64,000 nucleotides of DNA from Octopus vulgaris. Its lineage: Eukaryota. Positions within the stretch are counted from its first letter, which is position 1. Every line of letters begins with the position of its first letter. The notes under the pieces were generated by a model. The model was not told the origin of the DNA and made no database searches. It saw only the letters and a program-made list of their open reading frames with translations. Shown here piece by piece: positions 40,757 to 54,592 of this stretch. A program made the translations under genes and the position numbers. The stretch lies in assembly GCA_951406725.2 (NCBI GenBank), contig OX597837.1:11594001-11658000 (forward strand). The letters are read 5' to 3'.

Positions 40757-40917
40757 ATACTCGCCAATTGTGCCTTATATTTTAACACACTCACCGGTAA
40801 AATTTCCACTTATTTCTTATCTTTATTTTCCTAAAATTTTCGTTGTGTCTTGCAACCTTTTCAATAGTCTTGACTCTGTCCGTTATTTACACTGCGTTCC
40901 TTAAAATTAAGATGGAG

Positions 40918-40958
<41 letters not shown>

Positions 40959-41057
40959 GTATATGTGAGTGCGTGTATGATGTGTGCATGTAAGCATATA
41001 TGTATGTGTGAATGTGTGTGCATCTGTGTGCGTGTGCATGTATGTGTATATGTGCAT

Positions 41058-41240
41058 ATACGACGGGCTTCTGCGCAGTTTCCCCTCTACCAAATTCACT
41101 CACACAAACACATTCAGAAGGCATTGCTAATTCCGGGACTTTTGTAGAAGACACTTGTCCAAGGAGCCGCGCGCAACGGAACTGAACGAGAAACCTCGTG
41201 GCTGGAATGCGAGATTCTGAACCACACAGCCGTGTCTGCG
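41058..41240 (-). mobile_element. SINE family A 5' part, diverged
   Basis: tacgacgggcttc..ctaccaaattcactcac..accacacagcc. Confidence 0.7.
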
Positions 41241-41262
41241 CTTCCCTATAAAAACCTTTATT

Positions 41263-41572
41263 TATGCGCCCTTTTCAAGCCTAGCCAGGCTCAAGGGGCC
41301 CGATCTCCTGGTTTCTATGGCGCATGTGTTCCCCCCAGCTGGACGGACGGGACGCCAGTCCATCGCAGCGTTACTCAAGAAACAGGAAGAAAAAGTGAGA
41401 GAAAGTTGGGGCGAAAAGAGTACAACAGGGGTCGCAACACCCCCTGCCGGAGCCTCGTGGAGCTTTGGGCGTTTTCGCTCAATAAACACACACAACACCC
41501 GGTCTGGGAATTGAAACCGCGATCCTCCGACCGCGTGTCCGCTGCCCTAACCACTGGGCCATTGCACCTCCA
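41263..41572 (-). mobile_element. SINE family E (tRNA head plus V-domain-like ctgcgatggactggcgtcccgtccag)
   Basis: Related to 59484-59640 and 59688-59992. Confidence 0.8.
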
Positions 41573-41916
41573 CTTATAAAAACCTATAGATCCTTTAAAC
41601 TTTAAAATTGTGCGAGAGGAAAATTATTCTAGTAAAAATAGTTTTTGAGACTTAAATTTTCATTATTTTCCATTTTTTTCAGTTTCCATTTTATTTTTTA
41701 TTTTCACAGTTTTTTTGGTTTCCCATTTTCGTTTCCGTTTTTCCGCCATTTTAGGAATATTTTATTTTTATTTTTGTTTTCGTTTCTGTTTGTGTATTTT
41801 TAATCTTTGATCTTCAAGATCTTATTTTTGGGTTTCGCCATAAAACTTTCATCTTAAGCTAAAACCTCCAGTTTACATCTATTTTCTGATTTTATGCATG
41901 TGTGTGTCTGTGTGTC

Positions 41917-41950
<34 letters not shown>

Positions 41951-42019
41951 CAACCTTTTAGATATATATAAACGTTTATATATGCGTGCACATACAAACA
42001 CACACACATACACACATAC

Positions 42020-42088
<69 letters not shown>

Positions 42089-42158
42089 TATGAACTTATA
42101 TATATATATATGTGTGTGTGGGTGTGTGTATGTACATATATATATCCCTCTCTCTCTT

Positions 42159-42207
<49 letters not shown>

Positions 42208-42291
42208 GTGTGTGTATGTATATATATATATATATATATATACATATATGCATGCATATATGTAAGTATATGTATACACACATACATAAAC

Positions 42292-42349
<58 letters not shown>

Positions 42350-43032
42350 GTGTCTCTAAATATATGTGCGTGTGTGTGTGTGTGTGCACCATATACATAA
42401 GAACACACGCCTAAATATATGTGTACGTTTATCTGCTTGTTTCATTGTTCGTGAGTGAGTCTTTGTATTCTGTAAATGTATAAATGCAATTATGGCGGAG
42501 CAATTACAATAGCAGACATATATACAAGCGATACCTACATTTAAATATTCCCATATATACATATACATACATATATATATATATATACATATATACACGT
42601 GCTTGTATAGATGTATATATGTATGTATATATATATATGTATGCATATATGTATATGCATATATATATATGTAAAAATGTATATATATATATATATATAT
42701 GCATATATGCATATATATATATGTATTCATGTATATATACTCATATATATATACTCACTCATAAGTTGCACGCAATACTACCTCAAGTGCATGTCGAGCA
42801 ACGTTTTAATTTGAACAATCTTAAGAGCAGACAGAGCCATTACACGCATGCGCACATCACATCACATCACATATATATATATACACACACACACATATAT
42901 ATATACATATATATATATGTATGTATATATATATGTATATATATATATATGTATATATATATGTATATATATATATGTATATATATATGTATATATATAT
43001 ATATATATATGTATATTATATATATGTATATG

Positions 43033-43063
<31 letters not shown>

Positions 43064-43064
43064 T

Positions 43065-43115
<51 letters not shown>

Positions 43116-43130
43116 ATGTATATATATATA

Positions 43131-43237
<107 letters not shown>

Positions 43238-43535
43238 ACTGGTTGTATCAATGTCACAAGATGTCTTTCCTGATTATATCAAAGTACAACTTCACCTTTT
43301 GTCTAACCAAACTCCATCAACTTATTCTAACGTTGATGTCTTGTAGCAATTCTTATTGATCTGTATTGAATATTGGTTCTTTTTTTTCTGGAGAGTGTTG
43401 TCGCTGCTGCTGCTGTCTTTGTTATTGCTCTTGTTGGTGTTGTTGTCGTCGTCAAATCTTGTTTTATGGCACAAGGACATCGATCCATGTATGCACCATT
43501 ATCTATTTTGGTGTTCCTGTATGAATTAGTAAGTA

Positions 43536-43570
<35 letters not shown>

Positions 43571-43625
43571 GTACGTACGTATGTATGTGTATATATATAT
43601 ATATACATACATATATATATACACG

Positions 43626-43657
<32 letters not shown>

Positions 43658-43910
43658 CACGTATATATATATACATGCTTATATATATGCATGCATATAT
43701 ATGTATACATATATATGCATACCTATATATGTATATAAATACACACACACACATACACATATGTGCGGTATGTATAATAGATGTGTACATATTTGATTTA
43801 TGCATGCGTGTAGACGTGGGTGTATATAACTCTGAGCGTTTATACGTATGTGCGTATATGTGTGTGTGCACTGCATGTATACACACACACATATATATAT
43901 ATGTATATAC

Positions 43911-43964
<54 letters not shown>

Positions 43965-44294
43965 TTGTATCTATGTGTGTACTAATGTACGTATGTATAT
44001 ATTCACGTATGTATGTATGTATGTATGTATGTATGTATGTATGTATGTATGTATGTATGTATGTATGTATGTATGTATGTATGTATGCATGTATGTATGT
44101 ATGTGAGTAAGTGCGTATTTATTGATAGGTTAAACAAACAGTCTGGGTTTAACAAGGAAAAGGCATTAAAAAGATCAATAGGTGCATTTGAGGGAAACCG
44201 CCAAGTAGGTATTATGTCTTATATATGAACGTCTCCCTTATTATATCTATCTTTTGTGAACGAGAAACTGTACGTGGTTTCCACTACCGCTAAT

Positions 44295-44357
<63 letters not shown>

Positions 44358-44640
44358 TATATATAGATATATATATATATATATATACTAGATGTTTAGT
44401 TTTGCTACTATTTCAGTACAAAGCGCTATCATTTTGATAGTTTACTCTAAAGCTATATTCTTCTAATGACTTCGACATTAGGAAGATACACTCTTGGAGT
44501 TGTTACACATATTTGCCGGAAGATGTTAGGAAAATAATGACACATAATGTTTGAGAAATAATGGTTTTTGATGTATGGAATCCGATACTTAGCGTTCAAT
44601 ATATAGTTAATTGTAATTTTGTCAGTACTTGCCTATGATC

Positions 44641-44702
<62 letters not shown>

Positions 44703-44770
44703 TTAAATAAAATGATATAACAAAGCCGAGGCAGGGTGATATTTCTAGATCATCTATAAACTGAAAGGTA

Positions 44771-44806
44771 GTCTTACAGCTGTTTCGGGGATATAAAAGA
44801 TATATC
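44771..44806 (-). ncRNA. Truncated hammerhead 3' half
   Basis: ..uauaucccc GAAAC-AGCU-GUA agac; CUGANGA half missing. Confidence 0.4.
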
Positions 44807-45418
44807 GTGTGTGTGTGCGTGTATATGTGTGTGTGTATTGCTCATTTGTATATCTTTTCAATCCCACAAAAGTACAATACCCTTAGGCAAGATTGATTAT
44901 TTAAATTCCATTATTATTTCTCTTTTGATAATTTTCTCTTTTTTTTTTGTTTATACTTTATCTAATAAGAATTATATAATGCACCTAATAATAATGATTC
45001 CGTTGTATGCATATACATATGTATATATGGATATGTATTTATGCATATATATATGTGTATATGTAAAAGTGTGTATATATGTATGCCTTTATATTTATAG
45101 CTTAACCTTATGAACTTTCTAAACTTGTTGACGAAGCCCAGAGGCGCACCCAAATACCTTAATCTTATCTACAAAATACTTCAGTTTACTGAAGGGATGG
45201 AAGTAAAGTGGGGGTACTGTGACCTCTTGGTTGAAACAGGTGTAGGAAACTATTCTACTTTCTATGTTCTACGTTATATATTTTAATAATTACTGGTATT
45301 TTTATATGTGTAAAACATAATATGTTATACATGTATGTATATTATTATAATTGTTTTTTAATAAATAAATAAATAGACATAATATAATGTCTAAAAGTTG
45401 ATAGATAGATTGACAGAC

Positions 45419-45489
<71 letters not shown>

Positions 45490-45584
45490 GAGTGAGAGAC
45501 AAACAGACAGATAGACAGACAGACAGATAGACAGACAGAGAGACAGACAGACAGACAGACAGACAGGCAGGCAGACAGACAGAC

Positions 45585-45668
<84 letters not shown>

Positions 45669-45681
45669 GTATCATCTATAT

Positions 45682-45745
<64 letters not shown>

Positions 45746-45749
<4 letters not shown>

Positions 45750-45875
45750 TTCAAATTTACAGAAAACTAAACATGAAAACAGGTGTGTGAACAACAAACA
45801 AATGTGTTAGTTTGACTTGCGCGAATAATGTAAAAGTCTTTGACGTTTCGAGCCCACGCTCTTCGACAGAAACAG
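45746..45875 (-). mobile_element. Penelope-like end with minimal hammerhead variant
   Basis: uuu CUGUCGA-A GAGC-GUGG-GCUC GAAAC-GUC aaa (45836-45873); 3' end abuts (TA)n. Confidence 0.65.
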
Positions 45876-45959
45876 GTGAGAAGAAGAAAAAAACTGGAGA
45901 GAGAGAGAGAGAAATGTTTAAGGATTAACAGGTTAACGTGATGAAATGTCATACACACA

Positions 45960-46005
<46 letters not shown>

Positions 46006-46226
46006 AAAAAGAGGTCGCCAGAATTTTGGAAGAACTTTTTTTATTTACTCATTATTATTATTGGCGCTTTTGTTCGTTTTTCGAACTTAGCAAATGAAAT
46101 TGTGTATGGGCAAACAGTTTGTTCATTTATATATAAAACAGTTGTTTTTTTGTTGTTTAGTTTAGAAGAGGAGAACAATGTTTTTGTTTTGTTTTGGTGT
46201 TGAGGTTCCAGGACAATAGAGATAAG

Positions 46227-46450
46227 TTTCTTTATTGGCCACACAGGGCTGCACACAGATGGGACAAGTTACAAGGTAGAGCTTTTCTTTTGGGGGATGA
46301 AAAGAACAAAAAACAAGAGAAACAAAAGAAACAAAAAAAAAGGTGGCGTAGGTTTTCGATCAAAAGGGATCGTAAAGGGAAAAAAGAACAAAAAAAAAAA
46401 AAGAAAAAGGAAAAGGAACAAAAGAAAAGAAGAGGAAAAAAAGATCAATA
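46227..46450 (-). mobile_element. LINE-like 3' end (gccctgtgtggccaataaagaaa) at (GATA)n
   Basis: Homologous to 47153-47350. Confidence 0.6.
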
Positions 46451-46451
46451 G

Positions 46452-46514
<63 letters not shown>

Positions 46515-46525
46515 CAGAGAGACAG

Positions 46526-46580
<55 letters not shown>

Positions 46581-46591
46581 CAGAGAGACAG

Positions 46592-46650
<59 letters not shown>

Positions 46651-46661
46651 CAGAGAGACAG

Positions 46662-46728
<67 letters not shown>

Positions 46729-46737
46729 CAGAGAGAC

Positions 46738-46812
<75 letters not shown>

Positions 46813-46823
46813 CAGAGAGACAG

Positions 46824-46882
<59 letters not shown>

Positions 46883-46893
46883 CAGAGAGACAG

Positions 46894-46940
<47 letters not shown>

Positions 46941-46951
46941 CAGAGAGACAG

Positions 46952-47006
<55 letters not shown>

Positions 47007-47009
47007 CAG

Positions 47010-47056
<47 letters not shown>

Positions 47057-47067
47057 CAGAGAGACAG

Positions 47068-47110
<43 letters not shown>

Positions 47111-47150
47111 CAGAGAGACAGAGATAGATAGATAGATAGATAGATAGATA
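46450..47150. repeat. (GATA)n with periodic gacagagagaca interruptions
   Basis: Direct reading. Confidence 0.95.
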
Positions 47151-47152
47151 TG

Positions 47153-47221
47153 TTTCTTTATTAGCCACACAGGGCTGCACACAGATAGAACAAATTACAA
47201 GGTAGAGCTTTTCTTTTGAAG

Positions 47222-47257
<36 letters not shown>

Positions 47258-47480
47258 AAGGGGAGTTTCGATCAAAAGGGATCGTAAAAGGAGAGAAGAG
47301 GACAAAAAAAGGGGGTTAAAAAAAAGGGAGAGGAAAAAAATTGATCAATAGGGATCGTTATCACAGAAATGTCAATATGAAGTGTAAAGGGGAGGACAGG
47401 TGAGGTTTACCCGTGGAAAGAAAAGCCTACGGAAAAGACCACGGTAACCTCGGTCAATGAAGTCACATTTTATATTTCTT
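47153..47480 (-). mobile_element. LINE-like 3' end in (GATA)n
   Basis: (GATA)n on both sides; same terminus as the 46227 copy. Confidence 0.6.
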
Positions 47481-47518
<38 letters not shown>

Positions 47519-47533
47519 CAGAGAGACAGAGAT

Positions 47534-47606
<73 letters not shown>

Positions 47607-47625
47607 TGGATAGATAGATAGATAG

Positions 47626-47735
<110 letters not shown>

Positions 47736-48024
47736 TCAAAGGGAGGAGGGGGGGACTTCTATTCCTTTTGACATGTATTTACCATGTATTTAGTTATTTA
47801 CCATTGCATTGACATGATTTCAAAGATGGTGACCTCCCTAGGATGTCAGTTTAAGGATTTGGGGAAATAATGAAAAAGGGTGGAGTGTGGTCATCACTGA
47901 AAGCATTTTTGTCTTTTTCTTCTTTTTCTTAAGGGGCCAGAAGAAAGATAAGAGGTTCTATGAAAAATTAAATATATATATATATATATACGTATGTATA
48001 GATGTGTGTGTGCGCCTGTACGCG

Positions 48025-48500
48025 TGTGTCTGTCTGTCTGTCTATCTGAGTGTCTATCTGTCTGTCTATCTGAGTGTCTGTCTGTCTGTCTATCTGAGTG
48101 TCTGTCTGTCTATCTGAGTGTCTGTCTGTCTGTCTATCTGAGTGTCTGTCTGTCTGTCTGTCTATCTGAGTGTCTGTTTGTCTGTCTATCTGAGTGTCTG
48201 TCTGTCTGTCTATCTGAGTGTCTGTCTGTCTGTCTGTCTATCTGAGTGTCTGTATGTCTGTCTGTCTGTCTATCTAAGTGTCTGTCTGTCTGTCTGTCTG
48301 CCTATCTGAGTGTCTGTTTGTCTGTCTATCTGAGTGTCTGTCTGTCTGTCTATCTGAATCTCTGTCTGTCTGTCTGTCTATCTTAGTGTCTGTCTGTCTG
48401 TCTATCTGAGTGTCTGTCTGTCTGTCTGTCTGCCTATCTGAGTGTCTGTTTGTCTGTCTATCTTAGTGTCTGTCTGTCTGTCTATCTGAGTGTCTGTCTG
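48025..48500. repeat. (gtct)n-atctgagt minisatellite
   Basis: Direct reading. Confidence 0.9.
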
Positions 48501-48816
48501 TGAGTTCATGTGTTTGGAAATATGTTTGGAAATATGTCGATGACTACACTGTGTAATTTCGATGTTTCGCAATGAAAAATAAAGTCTGGATTCTTCTAAT
48601 TTCCTGTTTTTTTGCATGAAAAAACATTAGTACAATATTTACAAATTAGAAAAATAAAACCCAATGTTATGGAGATGAGTATCGTGTTATAGATATTGGA
48701 GCAGAAACGACAGTAATGGTGTGTTTTATTCTTTCCTCAAAGTGTCTTTCGATTTCATGTTTTGCATGAACAAACATTATTTACAAACTAGAAAAACACG
48801 TAATATTAGAATATCG

Positions 48817-48866
<50 letters not shown>

Positions 48867-48868
<2 letters not shown>

Positions 48869-49050
48869 TCTCTTTTACTTGTTTGAGTCATTTGGCCAAG
48901 ACGATGCTGGAGCACCGCCTTTAGTCGAGAAAATCGAACCCCGGGACTTATTCTATCGGTCTCTTTTTTGCCGAACCGCTAAGTTACGGGGGCGTAAACA
49001 CAGCAGCATCGGTTGTCAAGCAATGTTGGAGGGTCAAACACACACACTGA
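48867..49050 (-). mobile_element. SINE family A 3' part
   Basis: ctcttttacttgttt..gccgaaccgctaag. Confidence 0.8.
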
Positions 49051-49227
49051 CTCACACACACACACACATACACACACGCGCGCATACACGCAACAAAATG
49101 CCCACATAACCCGACACACATCGCCACGTTCACACACACACATATACACACGATCCATGAAAACCGGGAAACCGGCCCTTATGGGCCAGGCATGGCTCGA
49201 GAAGGAACAAACAAAAAAAAACTATTA

Positions 49228-49991
49228 AAAGCACAAGCCTGAAATCTGACAGGAGGGGATTCCTCGATTATACCGACCCCAGAGTTTCACTGGTACTTAT
49301 TTAATCGGCCCCGAAAGAGTGACAGGCAAAATCAACCTCGGCGGAATTTGAACTCAGAATGTAAAGACGGACGAAATACCTATTTCTATTCCTTTACAAC
49401 CCACAAGGGGCTAAACACAGAGAGGACAAACAAGGACAGACAAAGGGATTAAGTCGATTATATCGACCCAGTACGTAACTGGTACTTATCTAATCGACCA
49501 CGAAAGGATGAAAGGCAAAGTCGACCTCGGCGGAATTTGAACTCAGAACGTAAAGACAGACGAAATACCAATTTCTATTCCTTTACAACCCACAAGGGGC
49601 TAAACATTGAGAGGACAAACAAGGACAGGCAAATGGATTAAGTCGATTATATCGACCCCAGATCGTAACTGGTACTTAATTTATCGACCCCGAAAGGATG
49701 GAAGGTAAAGTCGAACTCGGCGGAATTTGAACTCAGAACGTAAAGACAGACGAAATACCTATTTCTTTACTACCCACAAGGGGCTAAACATTGAGAGGAC
49801 AAACAAGGACAGGCAAATGGATTAAGTCGATTATATCGACCCCAGTGTGTAACTGGTACTTAATTTAATAACCCCGAAAGGATGAAAGGCAGAGTCAATC
49901 TCGGCGGAATTTGAACTCAGAACGTAGCGGCAGATGAAATAGCGCTAAGCATTTCGCCCGGCGTGCTAACGATTCTGCCAGCTCGCCGCCT
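49228..49991 (-). mobile_element. SINE family B head plus tandem body units (4 units, 184-190 bp)
   Basis: cgaaatacc junctions at 49372, 49561 and 49751. Confidence 0.9.
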
Positions 49992-50402
49992 TACTCTTTA
50001 CTCTTTTACTCTTTTACTTGTTTCAGTCATTTGACTGCTGCCATGCTGGAGCACCATCTTTAGTCGAGCAAATCGACCCCAGGACTTATTCTTTGTAAGC
50101 CCAGTACTTATTCTATCGGTCTCTTTTGCCGAACCGCTAAGTGACGGGGACGTAAACACACCAGCATCGGTTGTCAAGCAATGCTAGGGGAACAAACAGA
50201 GACACACAAACACATACACACACACACACATATATATACATATATACGACAGGCTTCTTTCAGTTTCTGTCTACCAAATCCACTCACAAGGCATTGGTCG
50301 GCCCGGGGCTATAGCAGAAGACACTTGCCCAAGATGCCACGCAGCGGGACTGAACCCGGAACCATGTGGTTGGTTAGCAAGCTACTTACCACACAGCCAC
50401 TC
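49992..50402 (-). mobile_element. SINE family A
   Basis: Near full length. Confidence 0.9.
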
Positions 50403-50458
50403 AGTAGAAGCGCAAAGGCCTGAAATGGTTGCTGATATCACATAAGAGACGGGAAATT

Positions 50459-50513
<55 letters not shown>

Positions 50514-51274
50514 TGATGATTTCTAACATTGGTAGAGAAGTATAATCAATTACATTTATTAAAACTATATACTTACCAGACTGCTTTTAGTGACACCCCA
50601 CCACGACCACCAGCACGACCACCACTACTGCCACCTGCTCCAGAGACTAAAAACCAATTTCAAACTACGGTAGGAGCGAAACTAAGAAATTAAAGACGCG
50701 TAGCTAAACGCCGTTGGGATATCAGTCTACCATTTTATCGTCATACTATTCTAATTGCTTAATATCGTGCTAATATCATGTTTCTGTCGATTGTTTGCAC
50801 AAAAGAGCAAAAGGGATAAATGCGCGTGACTATAGATTACGCGCTTTTGCGCCTGTATATCCGTCACTCGATTATTATAATTATCAACACTATTATAACC
50901 ATTCACCTGGCCATCGCAACCTTGGAGATTGGAAAGTACAGAAGTGGGAGAATGCGGTGAGGTGGGGAACGGATATTATGAGAAATCCTGATGTTTAGTT
51001 TGTTTTTCATTTGAGCTCAGATGGTGGCAATTTGACCGTTGAAGAAAATATATCAATTTTCTGGTCGTTAAACAAGCAAAATATTCGAAACCCCATCCTA
51101 GGTGTTTTGAAATTATTTACAGAAATTCCTTCAGGTGCGGGTATATGGTTTTGGGTTGAGTTCCACTGCGTAACACCTTGGGCAAGTGTTTTCTACTCTA
51201 GCTCTGAGCGAACCAAAGACTCGCTAGCGGAATTGGTAGACGGAAACTAAAAGAAGCATGTAGTGTCTATTTAT

Positions 51275-51320
<46 letters not shown>

Positions 51321-51374
51321 TAAAACAGTTTGATTCGGTTCTGTGTTACTTCAAGTTTCGCTGGCCCCTAACAG

Positions 51375-51540
51375 CCTTTACATTCTGAGTTCAAATTCCA
51401 CCGAGGTCGACTTCGCATTTCATCTTTTTGGGGTCGATAATTAAGTACCAGTTGTGTACTGGAGTCGATGTAATTAACTAGCACCTTCCTTCAAATTTCA
51501 GGCCTTGTGCCTAAAGTAGAAAGGATTATTATTATTATTA
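51375..51540 (+). mobile_element. SINE family B 3' part with ATT tail
   Basis: ttctgagttcaaattccaccgaggtcgac..gccttgtgcctaaagtagaaaggattattatt. Confidence 0.8.
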
Positions 51541-53584
51541 CTATTGAAGACGTAGCACAGTATCCAATATCTTCATGTTGTGGATTGAAGATATTGTGTT
51601 TGCCAACTCACAAGTACTTTACGCAATATGAATGTAGTTCCCGTACTTTACAGACAGTACTTTACGCAATATGCGTGCAGTTCCCGTACTTTACAGACAG
51701 TACTTTACGCAATATGCGTGCAGTTCCCGTACTTTACAGACAGTACTTTACGCAATATACGTGCAGTTCCCGTACTTTACAGACAGTACTTTACGCAATA
51801 TGCGTGCAGTTCTCGTACTTTACAGACAGTACTTTACGCAATATGCGTGCAGTTCCCGTACTTTACAGACAGTACTTTACGCAATATGCGTGCAGTTCCC
51901 GTACTTTACAGACAGTACTTTACGCAATATGCGTGCAGTTCCCGTACTTTACAGACAGTACTTTACGCAATATGCGTGCAGTCCCCGTACTTTACAGACA
52001 GTACTTTACGCAATATGCGTACAGTTCTCGTACTTTACAGACAGTACTTTGCGCAATATGCGTGCAGTTCCCGTACTTTACAGACAGTACTTTACGCAAT
52101 ATGCGTGCAGTTCCCGTACTTTACAGACAGTACTTTACGCAATATGCGTGCAGTTCCCGTACTTTACAGACAGTACTTTACGCAATATGCGTGCAGTTCC
52201 CGTACTTTACAGACAGTACTTTACGCAATATGCGTGCAGTTCCCGTACTTTACAGACAGTACTTTACGCAATATGCGTGCAGTTCTCGTACTTTACAGAC
52301 AGTACTTTACGCAATATGCGTGCAGTTCCCGTACTTTACAGACAGTACTTTGCGCAATATGCGTGCAGTTCCCGTACTTTACAGACAGTACTTTACGCAA
52401 TATGCGTGCAGTTCCCGTACTTTACAGACAGTACTTTACGCAATATGCGTGCAGTTCCCGTACTTTACAGACAGTACTTTACGCAATATGCGTGCAGTTC
52501 CCGTACTTTACAGACAGTACTTTACGCAATATGCGTGCAGTTCCCGTACTTTACAGACAGTACTTTGCGCAATATGCGTACAGTTCCCGTACTTTACAGA
52601 CAGTACTTTACGCAATATGCGTACAGTTCTCGTACTTTACAGACAGTACTTTACGCAATATGCGTACAGTTCCCGTACTTTACAGACAGTACTTTACGCA
52701 ATATGCGTGCAGTCCCCGTACTTTACAGACAGTACTTTACGCAATATGCATGCAGTCCCCGTACTTTACAGACAGTACTTTACGCAATATGCGTGCAGTT
52801 CCCGTAATTTACAGACAGTACTATACGCAATATGCGTGCAGTTCCCGTACTTTACAGACAGTACTTTACGCAATATGCGTGCAGTCCCCGTACTTTACAG
52901 ACAGTACTTTACGCAATATGCGTGCAGTTCTCGTACTTTACAGACAGTACTTTACGCAATATGCGTGCAGTCCCCGTACTTTACAGACAGTACTTTACGC
53001 AATATGCGTGCAGTTCTCGTACTTTACAGACAGTACTTACGCAATATGCGTGCAGTTCTCGTACTTTACAGACAGTACTTTACGAATATGCGTGCAGTTC
53101 CGTACTTTACAGACAGTACTTTACGCAATATGCGTGCAGTTCTTACACAGACAGTACTTTACGCGTACTTTACAGACAGTACTTTACGCAATATGCGTGC
53201 AGTTCCCGTACTTTACAGACAGATGCAGTACTTTTACGCAATATGCGGCAGTCCCCGTACTTTACAGACAGTACTTTACGCAATAGGTGCAGTTCTCGTA
53301 CTTTACAGCTCGTGCTGACAGTACTTTACGCAATATGCGTGCAGTCCGTACTTTACAGACAGTACTTTACGCAATATGCGTGCAGTTCTCGTACTTTACA
53401 GACAGTACTTTGCAGTTCTCGTACTTTACAGACAGTACTTTACGCAATATGCGTGCAGTTCTCGTACTTTACAGACAGTACTTTACGCAATATGCGTGCA
53501 GTTCCCGTACTTTACAGACAGTACTTTACGCAATATGCGTGCAGTTCCAAGAAAAACCGAAATTTGCAATACACTTAGACTGTA

Positions 53585-53586
<2 letters not shown>
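51541..53586 (-). mobile_element. 5'-truncated R4/Dong-like 3' end containing the 43-bp satellite
   Basis: Minus strand from 53586 reads NYSLSVLQISVFLGTARILRKVLSV; (TAA)n on both sides. Confidence 0.72.
51612..53548. repeat. 43-bp satellite cagtactttacgcaatatgcgtgcagttcccgtactttacaga, about 45 copies
   Basis: Highly homogeneous; degrades after about 53030. Confidence 0.97.
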
Positions 53587-53656
<70 letters not shown>

Positions 53657-54139
53657 TAACCGAAGTTATATCAGAAGACATTAGGCCAAGGTTCCACTGC
53701 TGCTAGTGGGGGACGAAACCGAAACCACATAGTTGTGACTAAAACTTCAATATAGAAACAGTTCAATAGAGGCCTTCAGAAACATTCGATAAGTATCGAA
53801 AACAATATCGATTGGTGAAATGATCGATATTTTGAGACAAATTGCTTTTTTTTCTTTTTCCAAGTCACAAATATTAGGTATTTTGTTCTTAGGAAAAAGA
53901 AATAGAAAAAAGAAATTGCCTAAGCTTCGGATTTGTCACTAAATGACACGTGTACTTAAATGTTCAAAATCAATAATCGATATAAAATATAAAGGTCGAT
54001 AGGTACATATTTCATAATATTATGAAATGATATCCTTTACGTACAAGAAAAACATACAACCATCCAACCACCGCCACTGCCAACACCAACACCACCACCA
54101 CCACCACCATTAGCTGTCATACATCCTGCTTTCTTCGTT

Positions 54140-54526
54140 TATTTCTTCTTTTTCTTCTTCTTCTTCTTCTTCTTCTTCTTCTTCTTCTCCTCCTTCTTTC
54201 TTCTTTTCATCTTTTTTCTTCTTCTTTCTTCTCCCCTTTCTCTTCTCCTCCTCTTTTCTTCTTTTCATCTTTTTTCTTCTTTCTTCTCCCCTTTCTCTTC
54301 TTCTTCTTCTTCTTCTTCTTCTTCTTCTTCTTCTTCTTCTTCTTCTTCTCTTCCTCCTCTCCTTTCTTTCTATCTTTCTTTCTTCTTCTTCTTCATCTCG
54401 TCCTCCTCCTCCTCCCCCTCTTCCTCTTCCTCCTCTTCCTCCTCCTCATCCTCCTCATCCTCCTCCTCCTCCTACTACTACTACTACTAATACTAATACT
54501 AATACTACTACTCCTACTACTACTAC

Positions 54527-54592
<66 letters not shown>
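54140..54592. repeat. (CTT/CCT)n then (ACT)n tracts
   Basis: Direct reading. Confidence 0.9.

Noticed and set aside
51612-53548. CRISPR-like array
   Set aside because: Units are contiguous with no unique spacers and no cas genes; eukaryotic context.
51507-53706. Long ORFs (603, 552, 378 aa)
   Set aside because: Artefacts of the stop-free 43-bp satellite read in rotating frames.
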